DNA from: an uncultured cyanobacterium
Lineage (GTDB): Bacteria; Cyanobacteriota; Cyanobacteriia; Cyanobacteriales; CAWCAG01
Direction of reading: 5' to 3'
NCBI GenBank assembly: GCA_963803805.1
Contig: CAWDOD010000003.1
Span: 64,001-128,000 of the forward strand
DNA length: 64,000 nt
Below, one piece after another: positions 1-9,219 of this stretch. Both the position numbers and the translations under genes were made by a program. The first letter of the stretch is position 1. Each line of letters begins with the position of its first letter. The notes below the pieces were generated by a model, which saw only the letters and a list, made by a program, of their open reading frames with translations, was not told where the DNA came from and did not search any database.

Positions 1-18
1 AGTTCTCAGCAATATTAT

Positions 19-182
19 GGGAGCATCTCAAATTGGTAAATACAGGCTTTAGCCGTCAACTTGATATTAGCTTCACTGAAGCAGCAAGAAATGTATTCTT
101 AAAGCTAACAGCTACAGCTAATAGCTAATAGCTAATAGCTAACTTCACAGACAAACTATTTCTGCAAAACTGAGATGCTCCC
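19..182. mobile_element. MITE (164 bp, non-autonomous) with 12-bp perfect terminal inverted repeats and 8-bp target-site duplication
   Basis: GGGAGCATCTCA (19-30) and TGAGATGCTCCC (171-182) are exact reverse complements, flanked by AATATTAT at 11-18 and 183-190; no ORF inside. Confidence 0.88.
103..143. repeat. STRR-like heptamer tandem repeat (AGCTAAT/AGCTAAC) inside the MITE
   Basis: agctaac agctac agctaat agctaat agctaat agctaac. Confidence 0.8.
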
Positions 183-758
183 AATATTATCTTGGTAAGA
201 CAAATTATAGCTATTTTTAAATTCTTTAATTTAGAACTATTTAGTAGGTTATTAGTTCAAGGCTTATTAAAACCAGAAAACCCCTAAAACAACTAATATC
301 ATAGCTCTCAATTAGCTTTTGTAGTTATTGATATATTTTCTCGGATGACTGATGAAAAGTTTATACTGAGATTTAGCAGTGATAGCTAGCTACTTTAGCC
401 TTAAACTCCTTCTAGACAAAGATTAAAACCTGAAATTATCAAAATATATGAATTAGTAAAAAAGCTTTTTCCCTCTCTTTAAAAAGCTAAGTATAGGAAA
501 AGAATATATAAATCACTCTTATTCATATAAGAAAGTTTTTTAATAAACTGAGTCAATAAGATACTCAATTTTTAGTTGGCTAACCTGATAGGTATTTATT
601 ACTTTTTAGCTCAAAATAAGGAAATTTTAAGTGTATTCATCCATTCATTTCCTAAACAATAAATAAAAAACACAAATAAAAAACCTCGATTCTACGGGTG
701 TATTTTTAAAATAGCTTTGTTAGTTTCTTGATAGATAAGAAATTAAGGATAGATACAA

Positions 759-1076
759 ATGGACATACAACAAAAAGCAAAATTACTCATAGATTGGGGC
801 AATTATCAACAAGCTACAAATATTGACAAAGCTCCCCATTATCCTCAACTTGTAGAAACAACTCAACCGACTATAAAAGGCCGTTATAAAATTAACCAGT
901 TTCACTTTGAAGAGGGTATTGCTGTTGAAGTAAAGGCAGATGTTAATGCGGATAAGCTTGCTCAGTACTATCCAGAAATAAGCTGGGTATCCGGTACTGT
1001 TGTTGACGAAAGCAATCCCGCTTTGGGAAAAATTGACTGGCAACAAATCCAAAGCCACTTAGTTAAGTCTAGTTAG
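759..1076 (+). CDS. hypothetical protein, 105 aa
   Basis: ATG preceded by AAGGA; protein-like composition; followed by a perfect hairpin; no family recognised. Confidence 0.7.
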   Translation: MDIQQKAKLLIDWGNYQQATNIDKAPHYPQLVETTQPTIKGRYKINQFHFEEGIAVEVKADVNADKLAQYYPEISWVSGTVVDESNPALGKIDWQQIQSHLVKSS

Positions 1077-1108
1077 TTTGGTATTAATATCTTGTTGATT
1101 AAACTTTG

Positions 1109-1133
1109 CAGAGGCAAGAAATTCTTGCCTCTG
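1109..1133. terminator. perfect 12-bp inverted repeat downstream of the 105-aa ORF (terminator or stabilising hairpin)
   Basis: CAGAGGCAAGAA-A-TTCTTGCCTCTG; no clear U-tract. Confidence 0.55.
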
Positions 1134-1318
1134 GGATTAATGATACTAATGCTATAAATATGGGTAAATATTTATAGCTCATTATGTAGATATTCTTGGG
1201 GTGAGAGTTGAAGTTTGCCTTGAGCAATTATGGTCAAATATAACTAAGGAGTGAGGGATAATATTTAATAATAAATGGTATAAACTGGAGTTGGTAAACC
1301 CCTTTTCTCAAGAATGCA

Positions 1319-3877
1319 GTGGCTATTGTCGCTATCGATTTTGGTACTAGCAATACTATCGTTTGTTGCCAAGACTCTACAACTCAAGCTGCTAGGGTAC
1401 TGCAATTCTCTGATATTTCCCGTAGTTTTGTAGTTGCTTCTGGTGCAGTTAATGTTGTACCCAGCTTGATATTTGTGCAACAAAACGGAAACCTCTTGTT
1501 TGGGGAAGCGGCGCGATCGCAATGGTTACAAACGGGTCAAACAGAGAGATTATTTACTGATTTTAAAAGAGATATTGCGGCAGAATACCGTTCTCCAGAC
1601 AGGCAGATTAATGGTCAGGTTTATACCCCGGATTATCTCAGCGAGGTATTTTTAGGGTATCTTTGGCAACAAATAATTGCTCAAAATATTGCACCAACTC
1701 AGGTCATTCTCACTGCACCTATAGGTAATTTTGAGCGCTATGTTAATTTGTGGGAAACCATTGCTAAAAAGCTTGATTTTCCACCACTACAGGTTGTTGA
1801 TGAAGCTAGTGCCGCAGCTTGGGGTTATGGCATAACTCAACCCCAGGCAACTATCTTAGCTATAGATTTTGGTGGCGGAACTCTAGATGCCAGCTTAGTA
1901 ACCACAGATACTCTTAATCAAGGCAAAATAATCACTACAGCAGAGACATATTTAGGGGGAGTAGATATTGACACTTGGATAGCGAAAGATTATCTAGCTA
2001 AAATTGCTTCATCCCGCCAACAACTTAACCAAGGTAGTTGGTACAGCTTATTATCAGCTACAGAAAAGTTAAAAATACAACTTTCCTTATCTGAGGAAGC
2101 AGAGGTTGCTTGGCAAGAAGGAAAAATTAGTTTAACTCAAGAAGAATTAGGACAAGTTTTTCACAAAGAAGGGCTATTTAAGCAAATACAACAAGTCTTA
2201 GACGAAGTAAGAGAAACTGCCCTACGCAAAGGCATTAGCCAAGATAAGATTGGCAGCATTCTTTTAGTTGGGGGTAGCTGTCAAATTCCTGGAGTGCAAG
2301 AGTTTATAGCCAATTACTTGGGGGCAAATCTAATTAAGGGATATAAACCCCTGGAAGCAGTTGTTAGAGGTGCATTGGCTGTCGCCGGGCAAAGTACTGC
2401 TACAAATAATACCCTAAGCTACGGCTATGGTATACGCCTCTGGCAACCGGAAGCTCAAAATTATTCTTACCTCAGTTTATTTAAACCAGGAACCCCATAT
2501 CCTTGTCGCTTGCGAAAACCTCTTAACTTACAAGTAGCCACAGCAGGGCAGCAAGAAATTCGTCTAGAGATTGGGGAAATGAGGGAGATAGTACAGGGAG
2601 AAGTTATCTTCAATTCCAACAACCAAATGATGCAAAGCCAGTCTCATAAACAAATTGCATTCACTTCCCTGGTAAATTCGCAGCAGCAGCCCTACCTGAT
2701 TTCTTTACAACCATCAGGAGAATTGGAGAGAAATCGACTTCAAGTCAGATTTGAAGTGACTGCTAACCATGAGTTGGTTATAACAATTACTGATTTAGCT
2801 ATAAGGCGAGTGATTGTTTACAAAGAAATTACCCAACCCTTAACTTCTGCTTCCCTAAATCCAGAAGCTGGAATTTTGCCTCTGGATGCAGCAGTTTTGG
2901 GGACTATGGAAGCAGAGATTCCGGTAATCGAATCCCCCATTGAAGTTGAACCTGTAGTTCAGCAGACACCAAAGCAATCTCAACATTACTTTGACTTTGC
3001 CATCCTTGCTACCCTCACAGGACATTCAGCAGGAGTAACTTCTTTGGCCATTAGTCCCGACAGCAAAACCTTGGTTAGTGGCAGTCAGGATAACACCTTG
3101 CGTTTCTGGCAACTACCTGGTGGGGCATGGTTGCGTAGTGTTGCCGTTCATACTGATGCTGTTACGTCTTTAGCTATGAGTGGCGATGGTAAGATGTTAG
3201 CTAGTGCTAGTAAGGATAAAACTGTTCGCCTTTGGCATCTGGGTAGTGGTGTAGGGTTAAAAACTTTTTCTAGTAATGATGAGGGTATCTTCAATGTGGT
3301 TTTTAGTCCTGATAGTCAAGCTATTGCTTGGGGAGGTTGGGACAACTACATCACTCTCAAACAGCTTTTTAGCAATTCAAGTATCCTTCGTTTACCTGGA
3401 CATCAAGGAGGTACAGCCGCGATCGCCTTTAGTCCTGATGGAGAAAGTTTGATTAGCTGTGGCGATAAAAATATTAATGCCTGGAATCTTAATCCCCAAG
3501 AGTTAATTTATAGCGTACCGGGGCATTTGGATCTCGCCCTCACCTTAGCTACTAATCCCGATAGCCAAACCTTAGCGACTAGCGGGGGTATCCAAGACAA
3601 AACCATTAAACTCTGGTATTTGAGTACAGGGGAATTAAGGCAAACCCTATCGGGCAATTTAGATGGGGCATTATCCCTCGCTTTTAGTCCCAATGGGCAG
3701 ATTTTAGCTAGTACCAGTATGGATAAGATTAACCTTTGGGACTTGGAAACAGGAGAGTTACGCCATAGCCTTTCTGGGCATTCACAGGATGTACTTGCCC
3801 TAGCTTTTACTCCTGATGGTAAGACTTTAATTAGTGGTAGTGCTGATGGGACAATTAAGCTTTGGGGAAATAAATAA
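1319..3877 (+). CDS. Hsp70/DnaK-like ATPase fused to a C-terminal WD40 beta-propeller (about 7 repeats)
   Basis: IDFGTSNT, FKRDI, DFGGGTLD, LGGVDID and LLVGGS Hsp70 motifs; C-terminal GH..V.SLA.SPD...L.SGS.D.T...W repeats. Confidence 0.9.
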   Translation: MAIVAIDFGTSNTIVCCQDSTTQAARVLQFSDISRSFVVASGAVNVVPSLIFVQQNGNLLFGEAARSQWLQTGQTERLFTDFKRDIAAEYRSPDRQINGQVYTPDYLSEVFLGYLWQQIIAQNIAPTQVILTAPIGNFERYVNLWETIAKKLDFPPLQVVDEASAAAWGYGITQPQATILAIDFGGGTLDASLVTTDTLNQGKIITTAETYLGGVDIDTWIAKDYLAKIASSRQQLNQGSWYSLLSATEKLKIQLSLSEEAEVAWQEGKISLTQEELGQVFHKEGLFKQIQQVLDEVRETALRKGISQDKIGSILLVGGSCQIPGVQEFIANYLGANLIKGYKPLEAVVRGALAVAGQSTATNNTLSYGYGIRLWQPEAQNYSYLSLFKPGTPYPCRLRKPLNLQVATAGQQEIRLEIGEMREIVQGEVIFNSNNQMMQSQSHKQIAFTSLVNSQQQPYLISLQPSGELERNRLQVRFEVTANHELVITITDLAIRRVIVYKEITQPLTSASLNPEAGILPLDAAVLGTMEAEIPVIESPIEVEPVVQQTPKQSQHYFDFAILATLTGHSAGVTSLAISPDSKTLVSGSQDNTLRFWQLPGGAWLRSVAVHTDAVTSLAMSGDGKMLASASKDKTVRLWHLGSGVGLKTFSSNDEGIFNVVFSPDSQAIAWGGWDNYITLKQLFSNSSILRLPGHQGGTAAIAFSPDGESLISCGDKNINAWNLNPQELIYSVPGHLDLALTLATNPDSQTLATSGGIQDKTIKLWYLSTGELRQTLSGNLDGALSLAFSPNGQILASTSMDKINLWDLETGELRHSLSGHSQDVLALAFTPDGKTLISGSADGTIKLWGNK

Positions 3878-4146
3878 TTAACTTTATATACCTTGAGACA
3901 TAAAAAAATCTTTTTTTAAAAGCTAGAGTTTCTGTCTTTTCATAGAAGCAGGAGAAACCTGGCTTAGGTTATGCTTAGCAAAGCTTAATTACTGCTCGTT
4001 AGTAAAAGTGATGTCAAGAGGTATTAGATGATAGCCAAGCAAGACTTTATTAAGATTGAAGTTAGTAATTTAATCAACTGCCATAAATAAAAATAGCCAA
4101 TTTTGTATGTAGCAGTTCCTGAAATAACTATCAATAAAATATTGAC

Positions 4147-4869
4147 TTGCCTATGCCTTTTAAAAAGCCTATTTTCTCTTTGAGTGAAAAGATAACCCAA
4201 ACTTGGAAAGAAAAAATTAGTCCTAGAATAGCCCCTTTGCTTTCAACAGTAATTATAGCTGGTTTAGTTGCTGCTGCCCTAGCTATTTGGGGATTTGCTG
4301 AAATTGCCGAAGAAGTTTTGGAGCAAGAAACTCAAGCTTTAGATACTTCTATATTATTAGCTGTCAAGCAAATTCATACACCTTTGCTTAACAAAATTGT
4401 TATAGGCATCACCACATTAGGAGATCCCTTTATACTAATGATTTTAAGCTTATTATTTGGGGCATTTTTATTTTGGAAGCAGAAGTGGGCTGATTCTTTA
4501 ACACTGGTGATAACCGCAGTGGGTGCTTTAGGGTTAAATTTTTTACTCAAAGACCTATTTGCTAGGGAAAGACCTGCTCTTTGGGAACGGATTATTGATG
4601 TTAGTTATCAAAGTTTTCCTAGTGGTCATGCTATGATTTCTTTGGTGATTTATGGTTTCATTGGCTATTGGTTAATGCGTCGCTTTCAAGGTTGGCGAAA
4701 TACCATTATCACTATTACTTTCTTGTTAGTAATTGCCATAGGTTTCACTCGTCTCTATTTAGGAGTTCACTGGCCTACTGACATTGTAGCTGGCTATGCT
4801 GCGGGTTTGGTTTGGCTGTCAACTTGTATTATTAGTTTAGAGATAGCTGAGAAAATTAAAACTTCATAG
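4147..4869 (+). CDS. PAP2-family membrane phosphatase (start may be the ATG at 4153)
   Basis: K..FARERP, SFPSGH and TRLYLGVHWPTD motifs; several TM helices. Confidence 0.92.
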   Translation: MPMPFKKPIFSLSEKITQTWKEKISPRIAPLLSTVIIAGLVAAALAIWGFAEIAEEVLEQETQALDTSILLAVKQIHTPLLNKIVIGITTLGDPFILMILSLLFGAFLFWKQKWADSLTLVITAVGALGLNFLLKDLFARERPALWERIIDVSYQSFPSGHAMISLVIYGFIGYWLMRRFQGWRNTIITITFLLVIAIGFTRLYLGVHWPTDIVAGYAAGLVWLSTCIISLEIAEKIKTS

Positions 4870-4911
4870 CAGTTTTTTATTTAAGCAATCAAATTTAGGA
4901 GTATTCATTAA

Positions 4912-5181
4912 ATGAGTAATCAAAGCAAAAAAGGAAAAGATGCCCCCATTAATCCCGGTGATCGCATTAAAGAAGAACCTCAAACAGTAGAAGAAAAATC
5001 TCAACAACTCGCTGTAGATACAGGAGATATTACCGGAGAACATTTAGAAGTGCCAGCTTACGTAAAAGTCAAAGATGAAGACGGGGAAGAAAAAGCTTTA
5101 CATCACATCAAAGATGATGAAGAGATTTCTGATGTTATTCGCCAAGCTAGGGTTGATGAAGATGGCGATCGCAAGTGGTAG
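4912..5181 (+). CDS. small acidic hypothetical protein, 89 aa
   Basis: AGGAG RBS; contains an in-frame HIP1 site; hydrophilic. Confidence 0.8.
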   Translation: MSNQSKKGKDAPINPGDRIKEEPQTVEEKSQQLAVDTGDITGEHLEVPAYVKVKDEDGEEKALHHIKDDEEISDVIRQARVDEDGDRKW

Positions 5182-5302
5182 TTACAAGATAAGTAACTAA
5201 ATTAAAAACCCATATAGTTCAATAAGCCGGATTTTTAAAAGCTTCTTTATACATAAAAAAAAAGCTGATCATAAATCCGGTTTACTTATGGGCAATCATA
5301 AT

Positions 5303-5334
5303 AAAAAAGGCCAGAAGTACGTACTTCTAGCCTT
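5303..5334 (-). terminator. intrinsic terminator of the PEP-CTERM gene
   Basis: AAAAAAGGCCAGAAGTAC-GTACTTCTAGCCTT: hairpin with an A-run on +, i.e. a U-tract on -. Confidence 0.7.
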
Positions 5335-5400
5335 GACTGCTAATACCATATTTCAAATTTGGTATAAATGCTATTTATAATGATTCGAGGGAAAAGTTTC

Positions 5401-6387
5401 TTAACTAAACTGATGGCGACGGCGAGAGGCAATCGCACCTCCGGCAGTTAATAGTAAAGTACCCATCATACCTGGTTCAGGAATATCTTGAGGATTGTTA
5501 CCATCAGTGAAAGATTCAGGTAATTCACCAGTGAAAGTAGGCAAGTGTACTTCACCACGTTGGTTAAAGGACTTGACGACAACAGTACCTTCTATTTCAG
5601 TCTGATTAGTTAAATGAGCCAAAGGTGCTAACAAAGAGCCGTGGAGGGCGTTGTTGAAGGTTAGTGTTTCCGCTTCATAAAAGTTCCACAACACCTTTTG
5701 CTGAATAGAGTCTCCGGTTAAACCACCAACGATGTTACCTTGAGTCCAGTTAGCAGAAGTACCGCTAACATTAATAATAGCAGTTCCTGAACCATTCAGG
5801 TTTAGTTCAATTTGCTGGGTTTTATTGCTGAAAAGATCGGCAGCATTAATGTTGAATATAGCAATTTCATCTCCAGAACCATTAAATCTAACCGCACCAG
5901 GTTGAGTCCCAGGAACAACTACACTACTGTTGCTTGCTAAACCAGAAAGTTGGGTAGAAGTGCCTGTAAGGAAATTTTTCAGATCGTTAAACTCATTGGC
6001 AAGATCACTATTTTGAGTTTTACTGCCACCGCCATTCATATTGACGATTGAATTCAGATTACCACCATACTCTAAATCAGCACCATTATTGACTTGTTTA
6101 GGGTTTCCCTCTATGTTACCAACAACCTTTAAACCAACGCCATCAAAGGGATTGAAACTACCACCTGGAGAACATTTGATGCAGTAATTGGAAGAACTTC
6201 CCAACAGGTTGCCACCGACAAAGGTACTACCTTCCACCTCGGAGTTGCTAGTTAAATCCTCGAATACTACCAGATTGTAGTCACCGAGAGTAAAAGCTGA
6301 AGCTATGGTAGGAAAAGCTACTGCTGCTAAGGATGTGGCTATAGCTGAGACTGCTATTGTAGCAATTGGTTTAAAATTTAATGTCAT
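5401..6387 (-). CDS. choice-of-anchor A (ice-binding-like beta-solenoid) protein with PEP-CTERM sorting signal
   Basis: signal peptide; YNLVVFEDL..NSEVEG..FVGGN, VLWNFYEA, GSLLAP, GEVH motifs; C-terminal IPEP + hydrophobic stretch + RRR. Confidence 0.85.
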   Translation of the reverse strand: MTLNFKPIATIAVSAIATSLAAVAFPTIASAFTLGDYNLVVFEDLTSNSEVEGSTFVGGNLLGSSSNYCIKCSPGGSFNPFDGVGLKVVGNIEGNPKQVNNGADLEYGGNLNSIVNMNGGGSKTQNSDLANEFNDLKNFLTGTSTQLSGLASNSSVVVPGTQPGAVRFNGSGDEIAIFNINAADLFSNKTQQIELNLNGSGTAIINVSGTSANWTQGNIVGGLTGDSIQQKVLWNFYEAETLTFNNALHGSLLAPLAHLTNQTEIEGTVVVKSFNQRGEVHLPTFTGELPESFTDGNNPQDIPEPGMMGTLLLTAGGAIASRRRHQFS

Positions 6388-6819
6388 AGGATAACCCTTA
6401 TTTATATCTAGTTAATAGTTATCTCTAAGCTATTAAATTTTTCCCAGTGATGTCAACAGGCTAATATGAAGTTTTGAAGAAGAATTTCTACGTCTTATTA
6501 CTATACTGATGCATGGATAGAGATGAATCACTTATATTGGTTAAGTATTTATCCTGTTTAAGCTTATTTTTGACTTCAATAGTAGCCAACTTTTATTTTG
6601 GATTTGGTCTATATTACTTAAGTCAGACCAAAGAATATTATTGATATCTTTTTTATTAGAAACTATTTTCTTAAAGTAATTGTTTAAGATATAACAACTG
6701 TTTGAGCTTTCAAGCTTAGATTTGTATTAAATGAATTTGGTTTTAATTTAGCAAATTTGGTGATGAGAGGTTGTTTTGAGTTAATAAATTGAGTTATGCA
6801 GGAGCAGCGTCTGCTCCAT

Positions 6820-6918
6820 ACTTTTTCCTTCGGGGAAAACCAACAGAATGGAAACACTTCTTTGTGTGTACTTACTGTTAACCAGTTTGCAACGCTTTTC
6901 TCTTCGGAGAAAACTAGC
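6820..6918 (+). ncRNA. structured small RNA, probable PsrR1 (SyR1) homolog
   Basis: two c(UUCG)g hairpins (TTTTCC-TTCG-GGGAAAA; TTTTCTC-TTCG-GAGAAAA) enclosing AACCAACAGAATGGAAACA..TTTGTGTGTACTTACTGTTAACCAGTTTGCAA, which resembles cyanobacterial PsrR1 as I recall it; family call needs a covariance-model search. Confidence 0.55.
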
Positions 6919-6943
6919 AAAATAAAAATCCTTAAAACCCATC

Positions 6944-6973
6944 AAAGACACATTCAATGTGATGTGTTTTTTT
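6944..6973 (+). terminator. intrinsic terminator on + strand downstream of the putative sRNA
   Basis: AAAGACACAT-TCAATGTG-ATGTGTTTTTTT. Confidence 0.6.
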
Positions 6974-7035
6974 ATGCTGATAGCCAAAGTCAATTAAAAA
7001 TACTAAATCTAGCTAAGCTGTAGCAAAAAAAATAT

Positions 7036-8274
7036 TTATGAGCGACTATACATCCTCTCCAAACTAATAGCAATCACAGCGACAGTAACCAACAAAACTC
7101 CCCAAACTTGCTTACCTAAACCTTGTCCTAAAACAAACCACCCCAAACAAGCAGTTAAACCAGGATTTATTGCCCCAATAATTGAAGAATGCCCTGCCTT
7201 AATAAAACGAATACTAACGTTGCTTAAAAGATAGCTGAGTAAGGTTAGCATCCCTAACAACAAACCACTAAAAATTAGTTTCCTCCATATTTCTGTTGTA
7301 ATACTAAATTGACTATCAAAAGGCAGAATAATTAGTAAAGCCAAAAAAGAAAAAATCAATATGCTAATGAAATTAAGTACACTGAATGGTACAGGGTGTA
7401 GTTTCCTACTACAGAGTTGAGTTAAAACAATATAAATAGCAAAAGTAATACCCGAACTAATAGCGGCGGTTACACCCAACCAAGAAACATCAACCTCTCC
7501 TTGTTTCCCTAAAAATAGAGTTAACAAAAGCCCTACTATCGCAACTACCATAACTACAGTACGAATTTTATTCGGAGGTTCCCTGAATAAAAACCAACCA
7601 AACAAAATAGTTGCCACAGGGAAAATAAAAAAGCTAGTTACTGCTACTCCAACGGGAAGGAAACCTAATGATAAACAAATGAGTAGTTGAGAAAGGAAAA
7701 GAAAGAAACCACTAACAAATACTTTGCTTGTCAAACCCCAATCTTGGCAATCAATTACTTTTTTAATAACTTGCCAACTTGGAGGATAAATAAAACGGGA
7801 AAGTACAAATAGTAAGGGGACTACTACCAACATTCTTAACCATAGAATTAACAGAGAATGTTCTATTGTTGGATTAATATATCCTCCTGTGGCAAATCTA
7901 CCAAAAAGAGAGGATGGATTGAGAATAATAGCAATTACTATATTTTGGCAGGATAAACATAAGGTAGATAAGAAAGCTAGTAAGAAACCTAGTTGGATCA
8001 GGAATGAATTCTGAGGCTGAGGTTTGCCTGGAGGAGTTATGACTTCTTCTTGTGATGTAGTTTCTACTTGTTCTACTGTTGTTTTGTGCTTTTGTAATTC
8101 AAGCTGTTTGATTTCTGCTAACAAGCAAGCTTTCTTTTCCTCAAGTTGTGTAATTTCTTCGTATAAAGGTTGAATCAACTCTTTTCTAAGTTCATCTATT
8201 TCTGCGTTTAAATCTTCAAGATAGCTTTGCCCCTTCTCCAGTTCTCGATCCGGTTGATTATCTTGTTGCACCAT
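7036..8274 (-). CDS. DMT/EamA permease with N-terminal coiled coil (SepJ/FraG-like architecture)
   Basis: heptad region LYEEITQLEEKKACLLAEIKQLE, then about 10 TM helices including LLILWLRMLVVVPLL. Confidence 0.8.
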   Translation of the reverse strand: MVQQDNQPDRELEKGQSYLEDLNAEIDELRKELIQPLYEEITQLEEKKACLLAEIKQLELQKHKTTVEQVETTSQEEVITPPGKPQPQNSFLIQLGFLLAFLSTLCLSCQNIVIAIILNPSSLFGRFATGGYINPTIEHSLLILWLRMLVVVPLLFVLSRFIYPPSWQVIKKVIDCQDWGLTSKVFVSGFFLFLSQLLICLSLGFLPVGVAVTSFFIFPVATILFGWFLFREPPNKIRTVVMVVAIVGLLLTLFLGKQGEVDVSWLGVTAAISSGITFAIYIVLTQLCSRKLHPVPFSVLNFISILIFSFLALLIILPFDSQFSITTEIWRKLIFSGLLLGMLTLLSYLLSNVSIRFIKAGHSSIIGAINPGLTACLGWFVLGQGLGKQVWGVLLVTVAVIAISLERMYSRS

Positions 8275-8343
8275 TATTTATAACCGAACGATTTTTAGTT
8301 AAAATAAGCTGTAACTCTTTCCTCTTAACTGTTCCCTATTCCC

Positions 8344-9216
8344 TTAGCCATCAACATCAAAAGGAGGCAGTTTAGGATAACTTAGATTATGTTTATTGAA
8401 AGCCCGCTTCGCTCTTTTAATCAAATCTGTTTTATAAATAAACTCTTCCCTAGCATCCATAGGATAACTTTTAAGTTCAAAGCGCGTTGCCCAAGCTTTC
8501 TCTTCTACTAAAACTAAAATTGGCAACTTTAATTGAGTGTATTTGCTAGTGTAGGCAACTCGATACAAAATCCCCATCACTAACTGTACATCAACATAAA
8601 AATCTAAATAAAAATGTGTTACTACCTGGGCTTCTAACTGTCCGGCATTCGCATTAGAAATAGGTTCAGTCCAAATCTTATTGTGGGGAATAGTCACCAT
8701 ATTATCTTCAGGAGTTTGTAAACGTAAGCCCCTTAAACCATAACTAATAATCTCCCCGTAATGTTCCCCAATTTGAATGCGATCGCCGACTTGATAAGGA
8801 GCTTCAAATAAACCAATTAAACCAGCAATAACGGAACTAGCATAATCTTTAAAAGCAAAACCTAAAGCCACAGCTATAGTGCCAGTTAGGGCTAAAAGGT
8901 TGTTACGGGAAAGATTAAAAAATAGGTTCATCAGCATCGAAATAGTCACTACAAATATCACCATCCGCCAAAAAGGAAGAGACTGTTTGATACGCAAACG
9001 CCATTCGCGATCCACTTGTTCAGAAAACCAATTAATTACCTTATCAATAATAAAAATTAAGCCATAGGCAAGAATTAAGATCAGCAAGGCTTGAGCAATT
9101 TTGCCAGTGGTAATCTCAGCAATCAACTCTTTTGCATTATCTGCGGTTTCTTTAGCTGTATCTTGAGTTGATTGGGCAAAAAGAAAACTATTAAAAGGAA
9201 GATTCATTTTTAACAA
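8344..9216 (-). CDS. MscS-family small mechanosensitive channel
   Basis: ALGFAFKD..SS..AG, PYQVGDRIQIG..YGEI..YGLR, VTIPHN. Confidence 0.9.
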   Translation of the reverse strand: MLKMNLPFNSFLFAQSTQDTAKETADNAKELIAEITTGKIAQALLILILAYGLIFIIDKVINWFSEQVDREWRLRIKQSLPFWRMVIFVVTISMLMNLFFNLSRNNLLALTGTIAVALGFAFKDYASSVIAGLIGLFEAPYQVGDRIQIGEHYGEIISYGLRGLRLQTPEDNMVTIPHNKIWTEPISNANAGQLEAQVVTHFYLDFYVDVQLVMGILYRVAYTSKYTQLKLPILVLVEEKAWATRFELKSYPMDAREEFIYKTDLIKRAKRAFNKHNLSYPKLPPFDVDG

Positions 9217-9219
9217 GTA

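Noticed and set aside
6845-6860. Yfr2 sRNA (GGAAACA motif)
   Set aside because: Only one GGAAACA copy is present, without the tandem-motif loop hairpin typical of Yfr2
6684-7023. Three overlapping short ORFs (70-78 aa)
   Set aside because: No protein-like signal; the region is better explained by a structured RNA with a terminator
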